Positions 32,866 to 41,747 of a DNA stretch of 44,244 nt are shown here, piece by piece (the stretch's first letter is position 1; the number at the start of each line of letters is the position of its first letter). The translations under genes and the position numbers were made by a program. Source of the stretch: Candidatus Dormiibacterota bacterium (GTDB lineage: Bacteria > Chloroflexota > Dormibacteria > Dormibacterales > Dormibacteraceae); assembly GCA_036565325.1 (NCBI GenBank), contig DATCNF010000133.1, positions 1 through 44,244 of the forward strand, in the 5' to 3' direction. The notes beneath the pieces were generated by a model that saw only the letters and a program-made list of their open reading frames with translations, was not told the DNA's origin and did not search any database.

Positions 32866-33813
32866 GTGAACCGAGACTCACCCCACGAAACCTTGCGGTT
32901 TCGCGGGGACCCCGAGGACGGGGCCGCGCCCGCCTCCATCGACGACCTCATGGCGCGGCTGCGCGAGCGCAGCTACATCGGCGACCGCGCCCTCGCCACC
33001 TCGATCTACCTGGCCCTCAAGCTCGGCAAACCCCTCTTCATCGAAGGCGAGGCCGGGGTGGGCAAGACAGAGGCCGCCAAGGTCATGGCCGACGTCCTGG
33101 GCGCGCGCCTGATCCGGCTCCAGTGCTACGAAGGCATCGACCTCGCGCACGCGGTCTACGAGTGGAACTATCCCCGCCAGCTCCTGCACATCCGGCTCCT
33201 CAACGAGACCTCGGACCGGGGCGCTGCCGAGAAGCAGATCTACAGCCCGGAGTTCCTGCTCCGGCGGCCGCTGCTGGACGCCATCGACAACCACGACCCG
33301 GTGCCGCCGGTGCTCCTGATCGACGAGATCGACCGCTCGGACGAGGAGTTCGAGGCCTTCCTGCTCGAGGTCCTCAGCGAGTTCCAGATCTCGATCCCCG
33401 AGCTGGGCACCATCACCGCCACCCAGGCGCCCTTCGTGGTGATCACCTCCAACCGCACTCGCGAGGTCCACGACGCGCTCAAGCGCCGCTGCCTCTATCA
33501 CTGGATCGACTACCCGAACCTGGAGAAGGAGATCGCGATCGTGCGCGCCCGCGCGCCTGAGGCCGCCGAGGGCCTGGCCCGCGAGGTGGCCCAGCTGGTC
33601 CAGAACCTGCGGGGCATGGAGCTCTACAAGGTCCCCGGCGTGGCCGAGACGCTGGACTGGGCGCGCTCGCTGGCCGCGCTGGGCGCCACCAACCTGGATC
33701 CCCAGCTGGTCGACGCCACCCTGGGCGCGGCCCTCAAGTACCAGGAGGACCTGGAGAAGGCGCGCGAGAACCTGCCCGAGCTGGTGGCCAAATCTCGTAT
33801 CGGCGGTGGCTGA
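32866..33813 (+). CDS. coxD: MoxR-family AAA+ ATPase (CoxD-like)
   Basis: Walker A GEAGVGKT, Walker B VLLIDEIDR, FVVITSNRT. The start is uncertain: GTG 32866, TTG 32893 and ATG 32950 are all in frame, and the first ~12 codons have low GC3. Confidence 0.85.
   Translation: MNRDSPHETLRFRGDPEDGAAPASIDDLMARLRERSYIGDRALATSIYLALKLGKPLFIEGEAGVGKTEAAKVMADVLGARLIRLQCYEGIDLAHAVYEWNYPRQLLHIRLLNETSDRGAAEKQIYSPEFLLRRPLLDAIDNHDPVPPVLLIDEIDRSDEEFEAFLLEVLSEFQISIPELGTITATQAPFVVITSNRTREVHDALKRRCLYHWIDYPNLEKEIAIVRARAPEAAEGLAREVAQLVQNLRGMELYKVPGVAETLDWARSLAALGATNLDPQLVDATLGAALKYQEDLEKARENLPELVAKSRIGGG
32886..32903. promoter_or_regulatory. Inverted repeat CGAAACC-ttgc-GGTTTCG at the 5' edge of the coxD-like gene
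   Basis: Perfect 7-bp arms. It shares the CGAAA/TTTCG half-site with the coxG/coxS spacer repeat. Confidence 0.3.
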
Positions 33814-35017
33814 GCGCCCGCGCGCCGACCTCCTGCCGCGCCTGGCGACCTTCGCGCGGCTCCTCCATGACGCCGGCCTCGAGGCCGGCCCGGGCCGCCT
33901 GACCGACTCCGCGCGGGCCCTCGGGCACATCGACCTGCGCCTGCAGGAGGACTTTCGTAGCGCCCTGCGCTCGGTGTTCGTGAGCCGCAAGGAGGAGCTG
34001 CCCATCTTCGAGGCGGCCTTCGACATCTTCTGGGCGCCCCCCGACCCGCGCATCCTGGCCGGGGCCATCCCGGGGCGGCCGCGCCCGCTCCCGCTGCCGC
34101 CCGAGAAGGCCCGGGCCTGGATGCAGCTGCTCGGCCTCAACACCTCGCGCATGCCGCGCGAGCAGGAGGGCGAGCCCCCGCCGGCGACCAGCTCCGGCTA
34201 CAGCGCCCAGGAGCTGCTGCGGCGCAAGGACTTCGAGGACCTGACCTGGCAGGAGACCGAGCAGGTAAAGCGCCTGCTGCAGCAGTCGCCGTGGCGGATC
34301 GCGGAGCGGAAGACGCGCCGGGTGCGCCCCTCCTCGCGGGGCTCGGTCGACCTCCGGCGCACCGCGCGCCGCTCGATCCGGACCAGCGGCGAGATGGTCA
34401 CGCTGCTGCACCGGCAGCCGCGCCTGCGCCGGCGCCCGATCGTGCTCCTCTGCGACGTCAGCGGCTCGATGGAGAAGTACAGCCGGCTGCTGCTGATCTT
34501 CGCCCACGCCATCGCTCGGCGCGAGGACGTGGAAACCTTCGTCTTCTCCACCCGGCTGACGCGCATCACGCGCCTGCTTCGCCGGCGCGACCTCGACCGG
34601 GCGCTGGCGGATGTCAGCAAGCAGGTGCACGACTTCAGCGGCGGCACCCGGATCGGCCAGGCCCTGGCCGACTTCAACCGGCGCTGGGCGCGGCGCGTGC
34701 TGGGGCACGGCGCGGTCGTGATCGTGGTCAGCGACGGGTGGGATCGCGGCGACCCCTCCCAGCTCGAGCACGAGCTCTCGCGCCTGCATCGGATGGCACA
34801 TCGCCTGATCTGGCTCAACCCGCTGCTCGGCTCGGAGGGCTATGAGCCGCTGACGCGCGGCATGCAGGCCGCGCTGCCCCACACCGACGACTTCCTGGCC
34901 GCCCACAACCTGCAGGCGCTGGATGAATTGGGCCGGCTGCTGGCCGGTTTAAATCGTCATCGGCGCCCGCGGCACGCGGAGCGCGTGGCTAAGGTGGAGC
35001 AAGAGATCGATGCGTGA
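33806..35017 (+). CDS. coxE: VWA-domain protein (CoxE-like)
   Basis: 403 aa. MIDAS-type VLLCDVSGSM and VVIVVSDGWDRG. GTG start overlaps the coxD end by 8 nt. Confidence 0.85.
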   Translation: MAERPRADLLPRLATFARLLHDAGLEAGPGRLTDSARALGHIDLRLQEDFRSALRSVFVSRKEELPIFEAAFDIFWAPPDPRILAGAIPGRPRPLPLPPEKARAWMQLLGLNTSRMPREQEGEPPPATSSGYSAQELLRRKDFEDLTWQETEQVKRLLQQSPWRIAERKTRRVRPSSRGSVDLRRTARRSIRTSGEMVTLLHRQPRLRRRPIVLLCDVSGSMEKYSRLLLIFAHAIARREDVETFVFSTRLTRITRLLRRRDLDRALADVSKQVHDFSGGTRIGQALADFNRRWARRVLGHGAVVIVVSDGWDRGDPSQLEHELSRLHRMAHRLIWLNPLLGSEGYEPLTRGMQAALPHTDDFLAAHNLQALDELGRLLAGLNRHRRPRHAERVAKVEQEIDA

Positions 35018-35990
35018 AGTCCTGGACGAGTACCTGGCGTGGCGGCGGCAGATCCCGAAGGTCGAGATCGCGATCGCGACCGTGACCGAGACCTGGGGGT
35101 CGAGCCCGCGCCCGCTGGGCTCCAAGATGATCGTCAGCTCGGACGGCAAGATGGCGGGGTCGGTCTCCAACGGCTGCGTGGAGGGGGCCGTCTTCGAGGA
35201 AGCCCAAAAGGTGCTGGCGAGCGGCCAGTCAAAGCTGGTCGACTATGGCGTCGCCGATGAGACCGCATTCGAGGTCGGGCTGGCCTGCGGGGGCCACATC
35301 CAGGTCCTGATCGCGGTGGCCAGCGAGGTCCACGACAGCCTGGCCGAGAAGCTGGTGGAGAACCGCCCCTGCTACCTGGAGACCGACCTCGGCAACGGCG
35401 AAGCGGCGCTGCTGCTCAAGGCGCCCGACCGGGACCAGCCCTGGCGCGAGGGTGACCTCTTCGTCGAGCCCTTCGCCCGCCTGCCGCACATGGTGATCGT
35501 GGGCGCCATCCACATCGCGGTGCCCCTGCACCGGCTGGCCAAGCTGATGGGCTACCGGGTGACGGTGGTCGACGCCCGCGCCAAGTTCGCGACCGAGGAG
35601 CGCTTCCCGGAGGCGGACGAGGTGATCGTGGCCTGGCCGGACGAGGCGCTGGCGGGCATCCCGATCGACCGCTCGACGGCGGTCGTGATCCTGACCCACG
35701 ACCCCAAGTTCGACATGCCCGCGCTGCGCGCGGTGCTCGGCAAGGGGGCCGGGTACATCGGGGCCATCGGGTCCAACAAGACCAACGCCAACCGGTTCGA
35801 CGCGCTGCGCGAGGAGGGCTTCTCGGACGAGGCTCTGGCTGCGGTGCACGGGCCGATCGGTCTCGACCTGGGGGGCCGGGGTGCCGAGGAGACGGCGCTC
35901 GGGATCATGGCCGAGGTCACGGCCGCCCGCCACGGCGGGACGGGCCGGTTCATGCGCGAGGTGCGGGCGAAGCAGGCCGCCTCGGCCTAA
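35010..35990 (+). CDS. XdhC/CoxI-family molybdenum-enzyme maturation protein
   Basis: 326 aa. N-terminal XdhC_CoxI domain (ATVTETWGSSPRPLGSKMIV..GSVSNGCVE) and a C-terminal Rossmann-like domain (MVIVGAIHIAVPL). Confidence 0.85.
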   Translation: MREVLDEYLAWRRQIPKVEIAIATVTETWGSSPRPLGSKMIVSSDGKMAGSVSNGCVEGAVFEEAQKVLASGQSKLVDYGVADETAFEVGLACGGHIQVLIAVASEVHDSLAEKLVENRPCYLETDLGNGEAALLLKAPDRDQPWREGDLFVEPFARLPHMVIVGAIHIAVPLHRLAKLMGYRVTVVDARAKFATEERFPEADEVIVAWPDEALAGIPIDRSTAVVILTHDPKFDMPALRAVLGKGAGYIGAIGSNKTNANRFDALREEGFSDEALAAVHGPIGLDLGGRGAEETALGIMAEVTAARHGGTGRFMREVRAKQAASA

Positions 35991-36003
35991 GCAGCGGGCC
36001 AGA

Positions 36004-36077
36004 CCCACCCGCATTCCCCGGGAAATGTGCCGTGGGTGGGCGCCGAAACGCGGCATTCCCCGGGTAATGCGTTTTGG
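36004..36077. terminator. Two tandem hairpins between convergent genes, each with GCATTCCCCGGG(A/T)AATG in its loop
   Basis: Hairpin 1: CCCACCC (36004-36010) pairs with GGGTGGG (36034-36040). Hairpin 2: CCGAAACGC (36043-36051) pairs with GCGTTTTGG (36069-36077; 9 bp, one G.T). Loop motifs at 36011-36027 and 36053-36069 are 42 bp apart. Confidence 0.55.
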
Positions 36078-36100
36078 GCGGCCCGCGGGGGGGTCTCCCT

Positions 36101-36961
36101 TTACTCCGCCAGGCGGCGGAGCTCGTCCATGTTCGCCTTGTCCGGGCCCTCTCCGGCGCCCGGGACCTCGAGGACGAACGGCGTGTCGCGCAGGCGCGGG
36201 TCGTGGAGGAGCGCCCGGAAGCCGTCCTCTCCGATCTCGCCCTGGCCGATGTTGGCGTGGCGGTCGCGGTTGGAGCCGAGGCCGGTCTGGGAGTCGTTGG
36301 CATGGATCGCCTCCAACCTCTCGATCCCCACCACGCGGTGCCACTCGTCGAGCGTCCTCTCCGCCGTCTCCACGGTGCGCAGGTCGTAGCCCGAGGCGAA
36401 GGCGTGGCAGGTGTCGAAGCAGACCCCGGCGCGCGGGTCGTCGACCGCGTCCAGCAGGGCGCGCACCTCCTCGAAACGGGCGCCCACGCAGCCCCCCAGG
36501 CCGGCGTTGTTCTCGATCAGCAGGTGCGCGGTCTGGGGGTCGGCGCGCTCCATCACCCGCAGCAGGTGCTCGCGGATCTGGGGCAGGACTTTCTCGAAGC
36601 CCTGGCCCTTGTGGCTGCCGGTGTGGAAGATCACGCCCGTGATCCCGAGCTGGTCGGCGGCGGCCAGGTAGCCCGCCAGGGTCGATTCCGAGCGCTGGCG
36701 CAGGGTGGCGTCGTCGCCGGCCAGGTTGATCAGGTAGACGGCATGGAAGAAGAAGGGCGGATTGCCGGCCGCGTCGGCGGCCTCCTTGAACTTGGCGATG
36801 CGCTCCTCGTCGAGCTTGGGCGAGCCCCAGAATCCGGGTGGCGTGGGGTGGCACTGGATCGACACCGCGCCCATGGCCGCGGCGCGGCCGAAGGCCAGGT
36901 GGAGGCCGCCCGAAGAGTCGACGTGGGCGCCGAGAATGGGCACCCGCCGATTGTGCCCCAT
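36101..36961 (-). CDS. nfo: Deoxyribonuclease IV (endonuclease IV)
   Basis: ATG 36961 gives 286 aa. VPILGAHV, FFFHAVYLINLA, IFHTGSH, LLIENNAG, FDTCHAF and HANDS are the AP-endonuclease-2 metal-ligand motifs. The upstream part of ORF 36101..37990 is shadow. Confidence 0.9.
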   Translation of the reverse strand: MGHNRRVPILGAHVDSSGGLHLAFGRAAAMGAVSIQCHPTPPGFWGSPKLDEERIAKFKEAADAAGNPPFFFHAVYLINLAGDDATLRQRSESTLAGYLAAADQLGITGVIFHTGSHKGQGFEKVLPQIREHLLRVMERADPQTAHLLIENNAGLGGCVGARFEEVRALLDAVDDPRAGVCFDTCHAFASGYDLRTVETAERTLDEWHRVVGIERLEAIHANDSQTGLGSNRDRHANIGQGEIGEDGFRALLHDPRLRDTPFVLEVPGAGEGPDKANMDELRRLAE

Positions 36962-37003
36962 GCGGGGAGGGGGGGCCCTGAGAGTACCCTGCGCGGGTCC
37001 CCG

Positions 37004-37942
37004 ATGGCCGTCTTCCTGATGAGCGACCTCGACCTGCCGCTCCGCGACCGGACCTATCGAGAACCGGAGGGTCCGCACGTGCTCCTGGTGCGTGGTCGCG
37101 AGCTCGACGATGCGCTCGAGCACCTCGATGCGCGGCCCGATTGCCGGGCCCTGGGGATCATCGGCCCGGTCGCCGGCGACGTGCCCGACCTCGCCCTCGT
37201 GCAGGGCCGCCGCCTCCTCGTCTGCTGCGAGGACGGGCCCCGGATGCGCGAGCTGGCGGAGGCGGGGATGAACGCCGGCGCGGAGGTTGAATGGCTGCGC
37301 TCCGACAAGCCGGACTTCGACCGCCTGGCGGCCTGGGCCCTGCCGGTGGTCGGCGTGGTGCTGGCGGCGGGGGCGGCCACCCGGATGGGCAGCAACAAGC
37401 TGCTGCTCGACGCCGGCGGCCAGCCGCTGGTCTGCCACGTGGTGGAGGCGGCGTCCGAGGGGGGCTGCCACCACGTGATCGCCGTCTATTCCCAGCCCGG
37501 CGTGCGCGAGGCCATCGGCAACTCCGCGCTCTGCGTCGAGAACCCGCAGGCGGCCACCGGCCAGGCCTCCTCGCTGCGGGTGGGGCTGGCCGCCGTGCCC
37601 GAGGACATGGCCGGCGCGCTGATCCTGCTCGGAGACCAGCCACTGGTCGGCTCGCGCACGGTCGAGGTCGTCCTCCGGGCCTGGCGCCGCGAGGGCGCGC
37701 GGCCCGCGGTCGCGACCTCCTACAACGGCAAGAAGAAGGACTGGCGCCCGCCCGTCCTGCTCGACCGCGCCCTCTGGCCGGAGCTCATGAACCTGGAGGG
37801 GGATGCCGGCGCCCGGCAGGTCCTGGAGGGGCGGCCGGAGTTGGTCGATACTGTGCATTCGGCCGGCCGGCCGGACGACGTCGACACTCCCGAGGACTAT
37901 GCCAAGATCGTCCACCTCTTCCCTGGAGAGAGCCCGCGCTGA
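37004..37942 (+). CDS. MobA/MocA-like molybdenum cofactor nucleotidyltransferase with 88-aa N-terminal extension
   Basis: The core is VVGVVLAAGAATRMGSNKLL...LLGDQPLV. ATG 37004 opens a high-GC3 frame. An internal GGAGG (37258-37262) lies 5 nt before in-frame ATG 37268, which would give a canonical ~224-aa protein. Confidence 0.75.
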   Translation: MAVFLMSDLDLPLRDRTYREPEGPHVLLVRGRELDDALEHLDARPDCRALGIIGPVAGDVPDLALVQGRRLLVCCEDGPRMRELAEAGMNAGAEVEWLRSDKPDFDRLAAWALPVVGVVLAAGAATRMGSNKLLLDAGGQPLVCHVVEAASEGGCHHVIAVYSQPGVREAIGNSALCVENPQAATGQASSLRVGLAAVPEDMAGALILLGDQPLVGSRTVEVVLRAWRREGARPAVATSYNGKKKDWRPPVLLDRALWPELMNLEGDAGARQVLEGRPELVDTVHSAGRPDDVDTPEDYAKIVHLFPGESPR

Positions 37943-39119
37943 CCAGCTGAAGCAGCTGCGCGAGGGGCTGCCCGCGGTGCTCCGTGGCAACCGGTTCTAC
38001 CGCGCCCGGCTGCACGACGTCCGGAGCTGGGACGACTTCGAGCGCCTGCCCTTCACCACCAAGCCCGAGCTGGTGGCCGACCAGGCCGGCACTCCGCCCT
38101 TCGGCACCAACCTGACCTTCCCCCTCGACCGCTACGTCCGCCTGCACCAGACCTCAGGGTCCAGCGGCCAGGCGCCGCTGCGCTGGCTGGACACCGCCGA
38201 GTCCTGGGGGTGGTGGCGCCGGATCTGGGCCGAGCACGTGTACAGCGCGGCCGGTGTCGGTGCCCGCGACCGCGTCTTCCTGGCCTTCTCGTTCGGGCCC
38301 TTCATCGGTTTCTGGTCGGCCTTCGCGGGCGCTGAGCAACTGGGAGCGCTGGTGATCCCGGGCGGCGCCATGAGCACCGAGCAGCGGGCGCGGGCGATCA
38401 TGGAGCTCGGCGCCACCGTGCTCTGCTGCACGCCGACCTACGCCCTCCGCCTGGCCGAGGTGGGGACCGGGTTGGGCATCGACCTCTCCGCCTCGCCGCT
38501 GCGGGTGACCATCCACGCCGGCGAGCCGGGCGCCAGCATCCCGGCCACCCGCGACGCCATCGACCGCGCCTTCGGCGCCTACGCCATGGATCACAGCGGG
38601 ATGACCGAGCTGGGCCCGACCGGGTTCAGCTGTGTGATGCGCGACGGCCTGCACCTCATCGAGTCGGAGTTCATCTTCGAGGTCATCGACGAAGAACTCG
38701 TGGCCACCAACCTCGGGCGCTGGGGCTCGCCGCTGATCCGCTACCGGACCGGCGACCGGGTGCGGCTCTCGCGCGAGCCGTGCCCCTGCGGCAGCCCCTT
38801 CCCGAAGCTGGTGGGCGGGATCCTGGGCCGGGTCGACGACATGGTCACGGTGCGCGGCGTCAATCTCTACCCATCGCAGGTGGAGGACATCGTGCGCCGC
38901 CACCCCGAGGTGGTCGAGTTCGTGCTCGAGCACCGGCGGGAGCGGCAGATGGACGAGGTGACCCTGGTGATCGAGTGCACGGACGGGGCCGTCGTCGCGG
39001 AGCGCTTGGAGGCGGAGCTGCGCCAGGCGCTGGGGGCGCGCATCGGCGTGCGCCAGGTCGAGCTGGGAACCCTGCCCCGCGCCGAGCTGAAGGCCAAGCG
39101 CTTGATTAGGATCAGCTGA
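37899..39119 (+). CDS. Phenylacetate-CoA ligase family (PaaK-like) adenylating enzyme, second copy
   Basis: LPFTTKPELV, LHQTSGSSGQAP, CTPTYALRLAE, YRTGDRV, RGVNLYPSQVE, C-terminal KAKRLIRIS. ATG 37899 overlaps the MocA-like gene by 44 nt. Confidence 0.85.
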   Translation: MPRSSTSSLERARADQLKQLREGLPAVLRGNRFYRARLHDVRSWDDFERLPFTTKPELVADQAGTPPFGTNLTFPLDRYVRLHQTSGSSGQAPLRWLDTAESWGWWRRIWAEHVYSAAGVGARDRVFLAFSFGPFIGFWSAFAGAEQLGALVIPGGAMSTEQRARAIMELGATVLCCTPTYALRLAEVGTGLGIDLSASPLRVTIHAGEPGASIPATRDAIDRAFGAYAMDHSGMTELGPTGFSCVMRDGLHLIESEFIFEVIDEELVATNLGRWGSPLIRYRTGDRVRLSREPCPCGSPFPKLVGGILGRVDDMVTVRGVNLYPSQVEDIVRRHPEVVEFVLEHRRERQMDEVTLVIECTDGAVVAERLEAELRQALGARIGVRQVELGTLPRAELKAKRLIRIS

Positions 39120-40687
39120 TGGCAGTGACCGAGAAGGCGGCGAAGGCGGTGCGCCACCAGCTTCCCTACCGCGACGAGTTGACGCCGGTGTCCTTCCTGG
39201 AGCGTTCGGGGCAGGTACATGCCGAGCGGATCGCGGCGGTCGACGGGGAGCGCAGCTGGACCTACGCCGAGTTCCGCTCGCGCTCGCGCCGGTTCGCCCA
39301 CGCGCTGCGCAAGGCGGGGCTCCGGAAAGGCGACCGCATCGCCTTCCTGGCCGTCAACTCGCAGCCCCTGCTGCTCGCCCACTTCGGCATCCCCCAGGCG
39401 GGCGGCGTGATCGTCGCCATCAACACCCGCCTCTCCCCGGACGAGGTCGCCTACATCCTCGAGCACTCGGGCTCGACGATGGTTTTCTTCTCGCCGGAGC
39501 TGGAGCCGATGCTGGCCGGCGCGCCGGCCGCGATGCGCCGCTTCAACCTGGCGGCAGATTTCGAGCCCTTCCTGGAGACCGGCTCGGAGGAGCCGGTTGA
39601 GTCCTGGCTGGTGGACGAGTACGAGACCATCGCGATCGACTACACGTCCGGCACCACCGGCCGCCCCAAGGGCGTCATGTACCACCACCGGGGCGCCTAC
39701 CTGAACGCGCTCGCGATGGCCCTCGACCAGCGCCTCGACGCCGGCTCCACGTACCTGTGGACGCTCCCCATGTTCCACTGCAACGGCTGGTGCTTCACGT
39801 GGGCGACGATCGCTGTCGGCGCGCGCAACTTCTGCATCCCGAAGGTCGATCCGCCCCAGATCTGGCAGCTGCTGCGCAGCGAGGCCGACTGGCATTTCTG
39901 CGGCGCGCCCACGGTCCTGACGATGCTCGTCAACGACCCCGCTGCTGCCCGCCTCGAGAGACCCGCGCGCCTGTTCACGGCCGGAGCGCCGCCCTCGCCG
40001 ACTCTGATCGCCACCATGCAGGAGCTGAACTTCCAGCTCGACCACGTGTACGGGCTGACCGAGACCTACGGGCCGTTCACCATCAACGTCTCCCCGCCCG
40101 ACGCCGACGCCCCGGCGCGTGCCCGCCAGGGCTACCCCAACCTGGTGGCCGGCCAGGTGCGGATCATCGACGAGAAGATGCAGGACGTGCCCGCCGATGC
40201 GGAGACCCTGGGCGAGGTGGCGATGCGCGGCAACGTGGTCATGAAGGGCTACTTCGAGAACCCGGAGGCCACGGAGCTTGCCTTTGCGGGCGGCTGGTTC
40301 CACTCCGGCGACGTCGGCGTCATCCACCCCGACGGCCAGATCGAGCTGCGCGACCGCAAGAAGGACATCATCATCTCGGGCGGCGAGAACATCTCGACGA
40401 TCGAGGTCGAGCAGGCGATCGCGTCCCACCCCGCCGTCATGGAGTGCGCGGTGATCGCCATCCCCGACGAGCGTTGGGGCGAGGTGCCCAAGGCGTTCGT
40501 GACACTGAAGCCGGGCAAGAGCGCCACCGAAGCCGAGATCGTCGAGCACGTGCGCTCCAAGATCGCCAAGTTCAAAGCGCCCAAGGCGGTCGAGTTCGGC
40601 GAATTGCCGAAGACCTCGACCGGCAAGGTCCAGAAGTTCGTGCTCCGCGACCGCGAGTGGAAGGGGCGCGAGAAGCGCATCAACTGA
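39119..40687 (+). CDS. AMP-dependent acyl-CoA synthetase/ligase
   Basis: 522 aa. AMP-binding motif YTSGTTGRPKGV, YGLTET, WFHSGDVG, PKTSTGKVQKF. ATG overlaps the upstream stop (TGATG). Confidence 0.9.
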   Translation: MAVTEKAAKAVRHQLPYRDELTPVSFLERSGQVHAERIAAVDGERSWTYAEFRSRSRRFAHALRKAGLRKGDRIAFLAVNSQPLLLAHFGIPQAGGVIVAINTRLSPDEVAYILEHSGSTMVFFSPELEPMLAGAPAAMRRFNLAADFEPFLETGSEEPVESWLVDEYETIAIDYTSGTTGRPKGVMYHHRGAYLNALAMALDQRLDAGSTYLWTLPMFHCNGWCFTWATIAVGARNFCIPKVDPPQIWQLLRSEADWHFCGAPTVLTMLVNDPAAARLERPARLFTAGAPPSPTLIATMQELNFQLDHVYGLTETYGPFTINVSPPDADAPARARQGYPNLVAGQVRIIDEKMQDVPADAETLGEVAMRGNVVMKGYFENPEATELAFAGGWFHSGDVGVIHPDGQIELRDRKKDIIISGGENISTIEVEQAIASHPAVMECAVIAIPDERWGEVPKAFVTLKPGKSATEAEIVEHVRSKIAKFKAPKAVEFGELPKTSTGKVQKFVLRDREWKGREKRIN

Positions 40688-41592
40688 GGACGCGCCGGCT
40701 CGGCCTCTCGATCCCGGGCGAGCGCATGCCACTGTCCGAGGTGCCGGCGCTGGCGGCGCGCGCCGAGGCGCTCGGCTACACGGATCTCTGGTCGTTCGAG
40801 ATCAACATGTTCGACGGCTTCACGCCGCTGGCGGCGGCCGCCGCCACGACCCGCGAGGTGCGCCTGGGCACCGCCATCGTGCCGGTCTTCTTCCGGCCGC
40901 CGGGGCTGCTGGCCATGCAGGCGGCGGCCATGGCCGAGCTGGCGCCCAGGCGCTTCGTGCTCGGGGTCGGCTCCTCGACCCCGGTCGTGGTGGAGCAGTG
41001 GATGGGGGTGCCCTTCGGCCCGCCCGTGAAAGCGGTCCGCGAGACGGTGGTCGCGGTCCGGGCGCTGCTGGCCGGGGAGAAGGTGGGCGGGATGCGCCTG
41101 GCGCGGCCACCCGGGCAGCGGCCGCCGATCTGGATGGCGGCGCTCGGAGAGCGCATGGCCGCCGCCGCGCGCGAGCTCGCGGACGGGATCTGCCTGTACA
41201 TGGTCGGGCCCGGCCTGATCCGCGAGATCGTGGGCGACCAGGACTCCATGTGCCGGATCAACGTCATCCACGGGGAGGCAAAGGCGGCGCGGACGCTGGC
41301 CCGCCGCACGATCACCACCTACGCGCTGGTGCCCTTCTACGCCCGGGTGCTGGCCCGCCAGGGGTTCGGTGAGGAGATCAAGGCGATCCTCGAGCGCTGG
41401 GCGGCCGGCGATCGCGCCGCGGCGACCGGCCAGGTCTCCGACGCCATGGTCGCCGAGCTCACGCTGACGGGCTCGATCGACACCATCGGCGCCGGGCTGC
41501 AGCGCTACTGGGACGCCGGCCTGGGCTGTCCTGTTCTGGCCATCACCGGCGATCACGAGCCGCTGATCGACGCGCTCGCCCCCGGGCGGTGA
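40657..41592 (+). CDS. Luciferase-like monooxygenase (LLM) family oxidoreductase, possibly F420- or FMN-dependent
   Basis: RRLGLSIPGE...AEALGYTDLWSFE...GVGSS is the LLM TIM-barrel N-terminus. The start is ambiguous: GTG 40657 overlaps the upstream gene by 31 nt, and ATG 40726 would delete the first beta-strand. Confidence 0.7.
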   Translation: MEGAREAHQLRTRRLGLSIPGERMPLSEVPALAARAEALGYTDLWSFEINMFDGFTPLAAAAATTREVRLGTAIVPVFFRPPGLLAMQAAAMAELAPRRFVLGVGSSTPVVVEQWMGVPFGPPVKAVRETVVAVRALLAGEKVGGMRLARPPGQRPPIWMAALGERMAAAARELADGICLYMVGPGLIREIVGDQDSMCRINVIHGEAKAARTLARRTITTYALVPFYARVLARQGFGEEIKAILERWAAGDRAAATGQVSDAMVAELTLTGSIDTIGAGLQRYWDAGLGCPVLAITGDHEPLIDALAPGR

Positions 41593-41747
41593 GCCTCGAC
41601 GACCTGGCCGAGTTCGCGCTCCGGCCCTCGAGATTCCTGCCGCGAACTGTTCCGGCGCCGGCGCTCGGCTGGTTCCTAGGTGTGGCCGACCGTGCGAGCG
41701 CCGGCGCCCGGACGGCGAAGCCCCCGCCCGTGGGCGCCCTGGGTTGT

